From a bacterium (lineage in GTDB: Bacteria > Hydrothermota > UBA3073 > JACQXS01): DNA of 55,352 bases. Where the stretch lies: contig JAUWHX010000055.1 in the NCBI GenBank assembly GCA_030605695.1, positions 1 to 55,352 on the forward strand, read 5' to 3'. The notes beneath the pieces are model-generated. The model was not told where the DNA came from and did no database searches. It saw nothing but the letters and a program-made list of their open reading frames with translations. The translations under genes were made by a program, and so were the position numbers. Below are positions 1-8,099 of the stretch, in pieces (within the stretch, counting starts at the first letter, position 1; every line of letters begins with the position of its first letter).

Positions 1-2
1 CG

Positions 3-167
3 ATAACACTTAAGTATTTTAATAATATGTCTTATCAAGAGATAGCAGATACCCTGCGAGTTCCTATTGGGACTGTGAGGTCCAGACTCGCAAGAGGGAG
101 AGAAGCATTAGAAAAGAAATTATCCAAAGGATCCGTATGGAAAAGTGAGGTGAGAAATGAAGTGTAA
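3..167 (+). CDS. ECF RNA polymerase sigma factor, C-terminal fragment (5' end outside window)
   Basis: Frame 3 reads ITLKYFNNMSYQEIADTLRVPIGTVRSRLARGREAL..., a sigma-70 region 4.2 HTH; overlaps the anti-sigma start. Confidence 0.9.
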   Translation: MTLKYFNNMSYQEIADTLRVPIGTVRSRLARGREALEKKLSKGSVWKSEVRNEV

Positions 168-768
168 ATATATAAGAGAGTTAATTCAGGCATCTATTGA
201 TGATGAAATAACGGATGAGGAGAAAACACAGCTGGAAGCTCATCTAAAGGAGTGTGAAGCTTGCCAGAAAGCGTTTGACCTCGCCCAAAAGAGCAGAAAC
301 CTTCTTGTTACCAACATCGTTGAAGAGGAGCTTCCACCATATTTTAAAGCAAAGTTCTGGGATAGGGTTGAGAATGAAGCACATCCTGAAGGAATATTTA
401 TTCCTAAAAGACTAATTCCAAAGCTCGCTGGTGCAATGGTCTTGATTCTCAGTCTTGTTTTTATTTTTCGTAGCACAAGAGCTACGACTTCCGAGATATA
501 TATCGTTTCACCACAACCTCAGCATATAATATCAGGCGAAGACGCGACAATCAGTGCGGCATTTTATCCAAAGCCCAAAGAAGGGAGTATATCTTTAGTC
601 CTCAATGGCAAGCAAATTGCTCCTCTTGTAGAACTGACAGATGGCCACATAATGTATACTCCGGAAGAGCCACTCGAAGAAGGGTATTACAAAGTGAAGG
701 TGCAGATTAAAGACAAGGGCGGCAAGATTCAACAGGAAAAAGAGTGGCTATTTTATGTAGTTCCCTGA
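157..768 (+). CDS. Zinc-binding anti-sigma factor (zf-HC2) with TM helix and C-terminal Ig-like domain
   Basis: HLKECEAC (HxxxCxxC); TM LAGAMVLILSLVFIF; directly follows the ECF sigma. Confidence 0.88.
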   Translation: MKCKYIRELIQASIDDEITDEEKTQLEAHLKECEACQKAFDLAQKSRNLLVTNIVEEELPPYFKAKFWDRVENEAHPEGIFIPKRLIPKLAGAMVLILSLVFIFRSTRATTSEIYIVSPQPQHIISGEDATISAAFYPKPKEGSISLVLNGKQIAPLVELTDGHIMYTPEEPLEEGYYKVKVQIKDKGGKIQQEKEWLFYVVP

Positions 769-770
769 TA

Positions 771-919
771 TTTAACCGCGGATGTCGCAGATACCGCAGG
801 ATAAATCAATTTAAAATTATCAATTAACAATTAGCATTTCAAAATTGTTCATTGCTAATTGCTAATTTTGTATTTTGCATTGTTTCTTCTCTATCCGTGC
901 TATCCGCGTAATCTGCGGT
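771..919. repeat. MITE-like inverted-repeat module with 9-mer-periodic arms and a heptamer-rich interior
   Basis: Left arm tttaaccgcggatgtcgcagatacc, right arm tatccgtgctatccgcgtaatctgcggt; arms match the element at 11724-11840 in opposite orientation. Confidence 0.7.
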
Positions 920-975
920 CCCTCTTTAATCTTTTTCTTTGTGAGCTTTGTGCTCTTTGTGGTTAAAATATATCT

Positions 976-1629
976 CTATCTCACAGTAACCGTAGCTTGT
1001 GCAACCATACTAAATCTCCCTGTCCGCATCTTTTTGTCAAGCCACTGCGCCCGATATTCCAGTGCCTCGCCCAAATCAATATTATGTCTATAAGGACTAT
1101 TTGTATCATAGCCAAGCCATTCCCACTCTGCTCCTCCAACACGATACCAGAGCTTCACTCCAGCTATATTCTCCGGTTTAGCATTCTCGTGCTCATTACC
1201 CGGGTTCACTCCAAAATGAATCGTTACCTGTCCCGACCGTAAATCCAACTTCAAAAGTGGCGGGTCTATCTCCATCACATATTCTGGCGATATCGGAGTC
1301 GGCGTGGTATCTCGCACCGTGATGTCAAGAATCTCTCGCTGGGCATCCGTCAAATCTGGAAATGCCTGAAGCACTCCCACCAACAATCTCGCTATACTCT
1401 TCGCATTAACTCGCTTTTCATTCTTGGTTTCTGTGGCGCCCTTTGCCTCATTGTGTATCTTCTGATTTGCCGTATAAGCAGTCCTCCAATCCGCATAAGC
1501 CGCAACCAGCTTATCAATCAGCGCTTGCGGAACCCCAATCGCAGTCGCTATAGATGGAAGCTTCTTGCTGAGATTCCGAAGCCACCTATCAAACTCCGCA
1601 TCCGAAATCGGAATATAATCCTTTCCCAT
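976..1629 (-). CDS. Conserved hypothetical protein (helical N-terminus, possible FN3-like C-terminus)
   Basis: 217 aa ORF with strong RBS AAGGAGG; N-terminal DYIPxxDAEF motif; beta-rich C-terminus (EYRAQWLD). Confidence 0.75.
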   Translation of the reverse strand: MGKDYIPISDAEFDRWLRNLSKKLPSIATAIGVPQALIDKLVAAYADWRTAYTANQKIHNEAKGATETKNEKRVNAKSIARLLVGVLQAFPDLTDAQREILDITVRDTTPTPISPEYVMEIDPPLLKLDLRSGQVTIHFGVNPGNEHENAKPENIAGVKLWYRVGGAEWEWLGYDTNSPYRHNIDLGEALEYRAQWLDKKMRTGRFSMVAQATVTVR

Positions 1630-1641
1630 CCTTACCTCCTT

Positions 1642-1850
1642 TAATCATTAACGGACAGCAATTAATTATTAACGGAACTCCGTAATCTTTTAATTGCTAT
1701 CCATAATCAATTAACAGACATCCATAACTTGTCAAGGGAATTCCGTAAATTATTAAGGGAGAGCAATTACTCATTAACGGACAGCAATTAATTGTTAATA
1801 GACATCCGTAAGTAATTAACGGAAGGCAATGAGTTATTAACGGAACTGTG
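1642..1850. repeat. Degenerate 21-bp tandem array (~10 units)
   Basis: Units such as taatcattaacggacagcaat and tactcattaacggacagcaat recur with 21-bp period. Confidence 0.8.
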
Positions 1851-1957
1851 GCGAAGGCAGGCAGAATTCACGATTTTAATCGTGTGTCAGGATTTTGCGA
1901 ACAACTCTATACTCTTAATCCTGTCTAAATCATTCATTCCTCTTTCTGAAGAACCAT

Positions 1958-2587
1958 TCATCTTCTAACCTGCTTATCTTTCTTTCCCCAGTGGTATCCC
2001 CAAACACCACCAACGATAGGTAAACCCGCAGTGATAAGTAGTGCTGGTTCCATACCGTAAGTTGTCTCGAGAGCTATCCACATAAGTCCAACACCTGCTG
2101 CAAGTCCCACTGCTGTCCCCAAGAAAGACTTCCAATACGAGCCTTTACATCCGAGCCAGTTGCCTGTGATTGCAACGCCTGCAGAAGTTCCAAAAAGAGT
2201 ACCAAGCGGGACTCCAATGAAAAGTGCAGTAAAACCCAAAGCCTCCCCAGATAAGTAAAGCAAACCGAAACCCCCGGCCATTCCTCCCACGGATCCTCCT
2301 ATATAACCACCCACTCCTTCCAGAATATAGTCTCGTTTAGTCGGCTGATAAAGAATTATGTTCTTTATAGTTCTCGTATCTAAATTCTCACCATAATTAA
2401 TTGAAACTACTTCACTTCTATCTATTGAGTAAAGAGACCTGTCATAAGTCTCAATATTTATAAAGCGTTCATCCGTAGTATCTTTGATTATTCCCCCTAA
2501 AATTCTACCATCTTTTAATTCAATAGTATCTGCCCAAATCATAGATGCAACACAAAGCAACAAAGCAATACACCACTTTTTCATCAC
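1958..2587 (-). CDS. Hypothetical exported/membrane protein with Gly-rich TM segments
   Basis: Signal peptide, DTIELKDG motif, several GxxxG hydrophobic helices; RBS AAGGAGG. Confidence 0.75.
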   Translation of the reverse strand: MMKKWCIALLLCVASMIWADTIELKDGRILGGIIKDTTDERFINIETYDRSLYSIDRSEVVSINYGENLDTRTIKNIILYQPTKRDYILEGVGGYIGGSVGGMAGGFGLLYLSGEALGFTALFIGVPLGTLFGTSAGVAITGNWLGCKGSYWKSFLGTAVGLAAGVGLMWIALETTYGMEPALLITAGLPIVGGVWGYHWGKKDKQVRR

Positions 2588-2665
2588 TCACCTCCTTATC
2601 TCACAAAGATACAGCCGTTATCAAGAAAGTCAAGGGAAAACGAGCCACATTTTTTTGAGTTTCTT

Positions 2666-2694
2666 GGAACTTTTTGAGCAGATTTTTTATCTAA
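2666..2694 (+). promoter_or_regulatory. Putative ECF (RpoE/AlgU-type) promoter
   Basis: GGAACTT-N17-TCTAA; identical copy at 6221-6249. Confidence 0.6.
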
Positions 2695-2784
2695 TGCAAT
2701 GAAAGGATGTGAGAAAGAATAAAGAAGTTTTACAAAAATAGTGACAATAATCGTCTCTTGTAGAGACGAAAATGGAGGTGTAGA

Positions 2785-4173
2785 ATGAAGAATTTTATAG
2801 TTATCTCATTGATTATGATTGGTCTGCTGAGCGTCGAGACTCTTATGGCAGAGGATTGGGATTTTCCATTAACCGTAGAGACGCCGGATACATCATGGGA
2901 GGTCGTGGTCGGAGTGCGACCTTCGGCGAGCGCAGAGTATAACCTGCTTTTTGATATTCCTTACATTGGTACTCCTCTCGATGCCGCTGCATTCTTTGAG
3001 GTCTATTTCCCTCAATTGAACATGCCTATCTGGCTCACGACCGACCGCAAAAAAGGAGACGGTATCTATCTGCCATGGAAATTGAAAGTAGGAATTGGTG
3101 CTGGCTTGAGCAACAGGATAGTCAGGTGGAATTCAACTAACCTTCCTGCCGGGAACTGGACTATGACCACCAATCTTGGGGATACTGCGTTTAACATGGC
3201 AGAGGTTGACTCATTCACTTTCTCATTCCTTAACACAGTCAAAATCGTTCGTGCCTTCCGTCCAATCATCGACCCTACAGGACCGGTGATTGCTGCCTCT
3301 ACTCCTGCTGATGGCGATACAGGAGTCCCAATCAATACAAGTATCCGAATTACGTTGATAGATGAAGAATCGTGGGTGGATGATACCACCATCACCGTGA
3401 CTGTGGCAGGGAATCCTGTTATCTCAACTGCGTATTTAGCGGAAAAGGGATATATGTTGTGGGTCGAGATGCTTTTTGACTTACCACCTGACTCAAACAT
3501 AGTAGTAGAAGTACGCTCAAAGAATGTTGCTGATACACCAGTAGAGTCGATTCAAACTTTCTCCTTTCGCACTTCTAATGAGACTGCTATCTATTCCCTT
3601 TCAGGTACTATTACCTGCGCCGATAGTGGAAGCCCGGAAGGTGCAATGGTCAATATTTTTGAGAACGATACCTTAGGCGATACCTTAGTGGCTTCGGACA
3701 CAGTGGATAGCTCCGGGGAGTATTATCTCTTCCCCTTGAACTCAGGAGTACACACCATCAAGGTGAATCTATCCGGATACAAAGAAGTCTCCCTCCCTGC
3801 CCTTATCATTCTTGAGGACCAAAAGCGCGATTTCACCTTACAACCAGAGGTAGGGATTCAGGAACCTCTCAAGTCTGAAAAACTATCTACTTCTATAATT
3901 ACCTGTCCCAATCCTTTCAGTTCCTCAACGAGTATCAGGTATTCAGTTGCAAGGGTGGGAAATATTGAACTCAAAATTCACAACATTGCGGGACAGTTGG
4001 TGAAAACATTAGTAAATGAAAAACAGAACCCAGGAAGTTATTCAACTATCTGGGATGGAAGAGATAACAACGGTAAAATTTTACCATCAGGAATTTATTT
4101 TTATAAGTTGAAAATAGGTGATAAGTTTTCGCAATCCGCCTCAGGCGGAAAGAAACTGCTACTTTTGAGGTAG
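2785..4173 (+). CDS. Secreted protein with Ig-like and carboxypeptidase-regulatory-like domains and T9SS/FlgD-type CTD
   Basis: Signal peptide; STPADGDTGVPINTSI Ig motif; CPNPF...WDGRD...SGIYFYKL tail. Confidence 0.85.
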   Translation: MKNFIVISLIMIGLLSVETLMAEDWDFPLTVETPDTSWEVVVGVRPSASAEYNLLFDIPYIGTPLDAAAFFEVYFPQLNMPIWLTTDRKKGDGIYLPWKLKVGIGAGLSNRIVRWNSTNLPAGNWTMTTNLGDTAFNMAEVDSFTFSFLNTVKIVRAFRPIIDPTGPVIAASTPADGDTGVPINTSIRITLIDEESWVDDTTITVTVAGNPVISTAYLAEKGYMLWVEMLFDLPPDSNIVVEVRSKNVADTPVESIQTFSFRTSNETAIYSLSGTITCADSGSPEGAMVNIFENDTLGDTLVASDTVDSSGEYYLFPLNSGVHTIKVNLSGYKEVSLPALIILEDQKRDFTLQPEVGIQEPLKSEKLSTSIITCPNPFSSSTSIRYSVARVGNIELKIHNIAGQLVKTLVNEKQNPGSYSTIWDGRDNNGKILPSGIYFYKLKIGDKFSQSASGGKKLLLLR

Positions 4174-4182
4174 CGGGAGGAG

Positions 4183-6186
4183 ATGGAGAAAATGGAAAGA
4201 ATTAGAGCGTTTATGATTCTGATTATAGGGGTTTTATTGGTAAATATGGCAGAGGCAATTCATGCTCAAGATTATACAGATTCTGCTTTTGATTTCCATC
4301 CCAGAAATGAAGGAACAGCCAGTGATAGTACTTTGTCTTTTTGGACCATCCATTGCGAGTATCCAGGTGGAACACCTGAGCATCCATCCCTTGTTGGTAC
4401 TGGACACTGGGAAGGATTGGTAGACAAAATAAACTATGCTGATAGCAATGGAGTCAAGTTAAGCCTGGCAATGACTGGCCGCTGGGCTGACGCAATTATG
4501 AATGATGGGCACCAGAGCACTATTTTGAGTTGGATAAATAATGGACATATAGTAGGAACCCATACCGACCCAGAGCGTAAAGAAGGGAGCAGATGGATTG
4601 TTTATAATTGGGGTACTATTCCAGAAGATAAAATGCAACAGGCTATAGATGATGCTATTACAGCAGTAAATAATGTGGTAGGAGTTAATAACAATAAGCA
4701 TACAGATAACCCGGCTGTGTTCTGGTCTGCATTTGGTGGAAAAGGTTATTTCCATAAGCAAATGACTCATCTTTTGATAGGGAACTTTGGACATAATTAT
4801 CCCTGCCGGATATTCCTGTCTGATGGACGAGAAATTACGCTTGTTGCCTATTGTGGAGTAATTCAAAGGAATACTCAGAATTGGGGTGTCAAGAGAATTT
4901 CTCCTGAGGATATGATTATTGAATACAACGAGGGAGGAGAAGCTTACGGTCCAGTACATTTCCCTGGTGGTTTGACGAACAATTCACATATTGAATGGAT
5001 GGAATGGCTAAATAACAATAATAAGCCACGTGTAAGAGCTACGACTATTTCTGCTCCTTATTCCGGGGGATGTAGTTTAGACAGATTTGTAAGAATGTGG
5101 ACAGAATATGAAGAAACGCCCGATGTTTCTCTTGCTACTACAATAATAATTAAAAATTCATCAAATACCGACTTGACTAATATTAAAATTACCCATTACA
5201 TGCCACTCACGTATTGTAACTTCCAACCTGGCAGCGATTCACCTCCAGTAACCTATTATGCCACCATTCTTCGCCGTCACCTTATTTGGGATAATCAAAC
5301 TATTCCTAAGAAGAGTACCGTTACTTATGTCTACACTGGGAATCGTACGGATATTCCAGGAACTCACCGAATAGAGAACCGAGCGGATACTTACTTAGAC
5401 GACCTTTCAGCGATACCATTAATAGCACGTCGTTTTGCGATGTTCGATCTTGGTGATTGGGATTTTCTGCCATTTGAATCAGTAGCTTTCACCCCACCAA
5501 ATACGCCAACAAATCCTTTATGTGAAAGTCAGACTAATCCGACTGATGTAGTTAACCCTACACCAGAATTTTCATGGACCTATAGTGACCCTGATGTAAT
5601 GGATACCCAACAAACCTATCGGATACTGGTAGCATCAAGTTTATCTGACCTCAATGCCAACAATGGTGATATGTGGGACAGTGATAAAGCAGAAAGTACT
5701 GACAGTATCGTTACTTATGCCGGCTCAGCATTAGCTGATTATATCATTTACTACTGGAAGGTAATGACTATGGATCCCATTGGCTACTGGAGTCCTTATT
5801 GTTCTGCACAGAGTTTTATGACAGATTCGCTATTTCCTTCGGTTGAAGAAAATGGATTTATTGCTCCTAAAAGCTTTTATTTATCCCAGAACTATCCGAA
5901 TCCATTCACTCAGAAAACCGTTATAGCGTTTAGAGTTCAGGGTTTAGAGTTAAAAGACAAAAAACTCTTAACTCTCAAAATTTATGATTTGGCGGGCCGG
6001 ATGGTTAAGACCCTTTTTAACTCTGAACTCTCTACTCTTAACTCTTCCGAAGGATTCCGTGAACAACTTTCTGTGTCTTGGGATGGCAGAAATGATTTGG
6101 GTAAAAGTGTGTCATCAGGAATTTATTTTTATAAATTAAAAGTAGGGAAATTCTCCCAAACCAAGAAACTGCTAATTTTGAGATAG
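4183..6186 (+). CDS. Secreted multi-domain protein (possible deacetylase/hydrolase-like N-domain, FN3-like domain, T9SS/FlgD-type CTD)
   Basis: Signal peptide; GHIVGTHT motif; PEFSW...YRILVASS...MWDS...YYWKV; SQNYPNPF CTD. Confidence 0.8.
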   Translation: MEKMERIRAFMILIIGVLLVNMAEAIHAQDYTDSAFDFHPRNEGTASDSTLSFWTIHCEYPGGTPEHPSLVGTGHWEGLVDKINYADSNGVKLSLAMTGRWADAIMNDGHQSTILSWINNGHIVGTHTDPERKEGSRWIVYNWGTIPEDKMQQAIDDAITAVNNVVGVNNNKHTDNPAVFWSAFGGKGYFHKQMTHLLIGNFGHNYPCRIFLSDGREITLVAYCGVIQRNTQNWGVKRISPEDMIIEYNEGGEAYGPVHFPGGLTNNSHIEWMEWLNNNNKPRVRATTISAPYSGGCSLDRFVRMWTEYEETPDVSLATTIIIKNSSNTDLTNIKITHYMPLTYCNFQPGSDSPPVTYYATILRRHLIWDNQTIPKKSTVTYVYTGNRTDIPGTHRIENRADTYLDDLSAIPLIARRFAMFDLGDWDFLPFESVAFTPPNTPTNPLCESQTNPTDVVNPTPEFSWTYSDPDVMDTQQTYRILVASSLSDLNANNGDMWDSDKAESTDSIVTYAGSALADYIIYYWKVMTMDPIGYWSPYCSAQSFMTDSLFPSVEENGFIAPKSFYLSQNYPNPFTQKTVIAFRVQGLELKDKKLLTLKIYDLAGRMVKTLFNSELSTLNSSEGFREQLSVSWDGRNDLGKSVSSGIYFYKLKVGKFSQTKKLLILR

Positions 6187-6220
6187 AGAGTGATAATTAT
6201 TGTGAAAAATATAAATTGTT

Positions 6221-6249
6221 GGAACTTTTTGAGCAGATTTTTTATCTAA
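6221..6249 (+). promoter_or_regulatory. Putative ECF promoter (second copy)
   Basis: GGAACTT-N17-TCTAA, identical to 2666-2694. Confidence 0.6.
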
Positions 6250-6342
6250 TGCAATGAAAGGAGGTGAAAAAGAATGAAGAAGTTTTACAAACCGAATAAT
6301 GATGTTAGCTGTCTCTTATGGAGACGAAAAGGAAGGTGTAAA

Positions 6343-8037
6343 ATGAAGAGATTTTTAGCAATTGCGGCTCTTGTTATTCCATTCGCATTGGCAGGGCAAA
6401 CAGAAGATTCAGGAGATAAGCCAAATCGCCAGATTAGAGTAAAGGTATTACCGAATCCTGCTTTAGTTGCTCCGGGAGGTTCAATCCACTTCGAAGCAAA
6501 GGTTGTTGATTCATTGGGCAATTCATTAGATGCCAAGATAGAGTGGAAGGTTGCTCCTGAGAAATTAGGCAAGATTGGACCTAATGGACTTTTCCTTGCT
6601 GCCAATCACGAAGGCAAAGGGATAGTTAGAGCAATAGTGAAAACCAATGCAGGACAAGCAGTTGGGCATGCTCTCGTTAGAGTAAAACGAGAAGGACAGC
6701 ATCAAGGAATGTTGGTGAAGGTAATGCCCAAACGGATTTTTGTAAAGGTAGGAGAAGACAGACAATTCAAGGTAAAGGTATTTGGTCCCACTGGAGAGCC
6801 AATTGAGGATGCAAAGCTTGTATTTAAGGTTGCTCCCAAAGATATGGGAAGTATTACGCAGGACGGATTATTTACTGCAGGCAAAGAGCGAGGAAAGTGC
6901 AGAATTATAGTTCTTGCAAAGAGTGGAGACCTTGAAGGTGTTGGAACTGCACTTGCAATCATTGGAGACCCTGATAGGCATCTTCCTGTGAAAATACGGC
7001 CAAAACATACGGCTCTTAAACCCGGTGGAACTCAGAAATTTGACTATGAAATCCTGGGACCATCTGACCAAACTGACCAAAATGCTGAGCCCAAGGTAAA
7101 ATGGAAGGTTATACCAAAGGAGTTTGGGACTATAACTTCAGATGGTGCCTTCACTGCCGGCAACAAGAAAGGCAAAGGTTTTGTTGTAGTTATCGTGAAA
7201 GTAGGCGATAAAGTCGGGATAGACCGTGCAGTTGTTATTGTAGGGAAACCAAGACGGATACGGGTAAAAATCTATCCAAGAATAGCGATTGTTGAGCCAA
7301 GTAGGTCGTTTAAGTTTCACGCTCTGACATTTGATGAACAGGGTAATCCTGTGCAGTTACCTTTGAAGTGGTTAGTAAAGCCCAAAGAGGCAGGTACTAT
7401 CACGCCAGAAGGACTTTTCACTGCTGGAGGCAAACCTTGCAAGTGTGAAGTAATTGCACTTGTGCCACCTAAGTTTGGTATTGGCAAAGCTATTGCCAAA
7501 GTAATCGTCCAAGAGAAGTTTGCAGTCAAGATTATGCCCAAACAAGCACTTATTGAGCCGAAGAAATCACAGAAGTTCAATGCTCAAGTATTTGACCACC
7601 AAGGTAATCCTGTCAATATGCCAATAAAATGGTTAGTTAGGCCTATGGAAGCAGGCACTATCACACCAGATGGGCTTTTCACGGCTGGAGATAAACCCTG
7701 CAAATGTGGAGTTATTGCATTTATACCTCCTCATCTTGGACTTGGCAGAGATATCGCTGGTGTAGTTATTCAGAGGAAACTTACGGTTAAGATTAAGCCG
7801 AAGCAAGCAGATGTTCCAGTAGGAAAGACTCATCTATTTTCTGCACAAGCATTCGATGAAAATGGAGCGGTGAATGTTACATTCAGATGGAGAGTTATGC
7901 CACCCAGAGCAGGCAAGATTAATCAAGACGGATTATTTAAAGCCGGCGATAAACCTTGTTTGTGCAAAGTGATTGTAGTAGTGGACCCTCGTGTTGGGCT
8001 TGGCAGAGATGTTGCGGGAGTGAAGATTACAAGGTAA
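6343..8037 (+). CDS. Secreted basic protein with about six tandem Ig-like (Big_2-type) repeats
   Basis: Signal peptide MKRFLAIAALVIPFALA from ATG 6343 (ORF track starts at 6274); repeats V.I.P...F.A...W.V.P..AG.I..DGLFTAG. Confidence 0.85.
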   Translation: MKRFLAIAALVIPFALAGQTEDSGDKPNRQIRVKVLPNPALVAPGGSIHFEAKVVDSLGNSLDAKIEWKVAPEKLGKIGPNGLFLAANHEGKGIVRAIVKTNAGQAVGHALVRVKREGQHQGMLVKVMPKRIFVKVGEDRQFKVKVFGPTGEPIEDAKLVFKVAPKDMGSITQDGLFTAGKERGKCRIIVLAKSGDLEGVGTALAIIGDPDRHLPVKIRPKHTALKPGGTQKFDYEILGPSDQTDQNAEPKVKWKVIPKEFGTITSDGAFTAGNKKGKGFVVVIVKVGDKVGIDRAVVIVGKPRRIRVKIYPRIAIVEPSRSFKFHALTFDEQGNPVQLPLKWLVKPKEAGTITPEGLFTAGGKPCKCEVIALVPPKFGIGKAIAKVIVQEKFAVKIMPKQALIEPKKSQKFNAQVFDHQGNPVNMPIKWLVRPMEAGTITPDGLFTAGDKPCKCGVIAFIPPHLGLGRDIAGVVIQRKLTVKIKPKQADVPVGKTHLFSAQAFDENGAVNVTFRWRVMPPRAGKINQDGLFKAGDKPCLCKVIVVVDPRVGLGRDVAGVKITR

Positions 8038-8064
8038 CTCATAGTAGAGTTTATACCTTGCATC

Positions 8065-8092
8065 GTAGGGGCGTTCAATTGAACGTCCCTAC
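8065..8092. repeat. Intergenic REP-like palindrome between convergent genes (may also act as a terminator)
   Basis: gtaggggcgttcaa-ttgaacgtccctac, 28 bp with one mismatch, GTAG/CTAC ends. Confidence 0.8.
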
Positions 8093-8099
8093 ATTCTTA

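Noticed and set aside
875-1093. Small ORF MHCFFSIRAIRVICG... (similarly 45211-45420)
   Set aside because: Translation of repeat-module DNA overlapping a real gene; no RBS
6274-6342. Longer N-terminus for the Ig-repeat protein
   Set aside because: Region is the duplicated leader, non-coding in the 2664-2790 copy; the signal peptide starts at 6343, though use of ATG 6274 cannot be excluded
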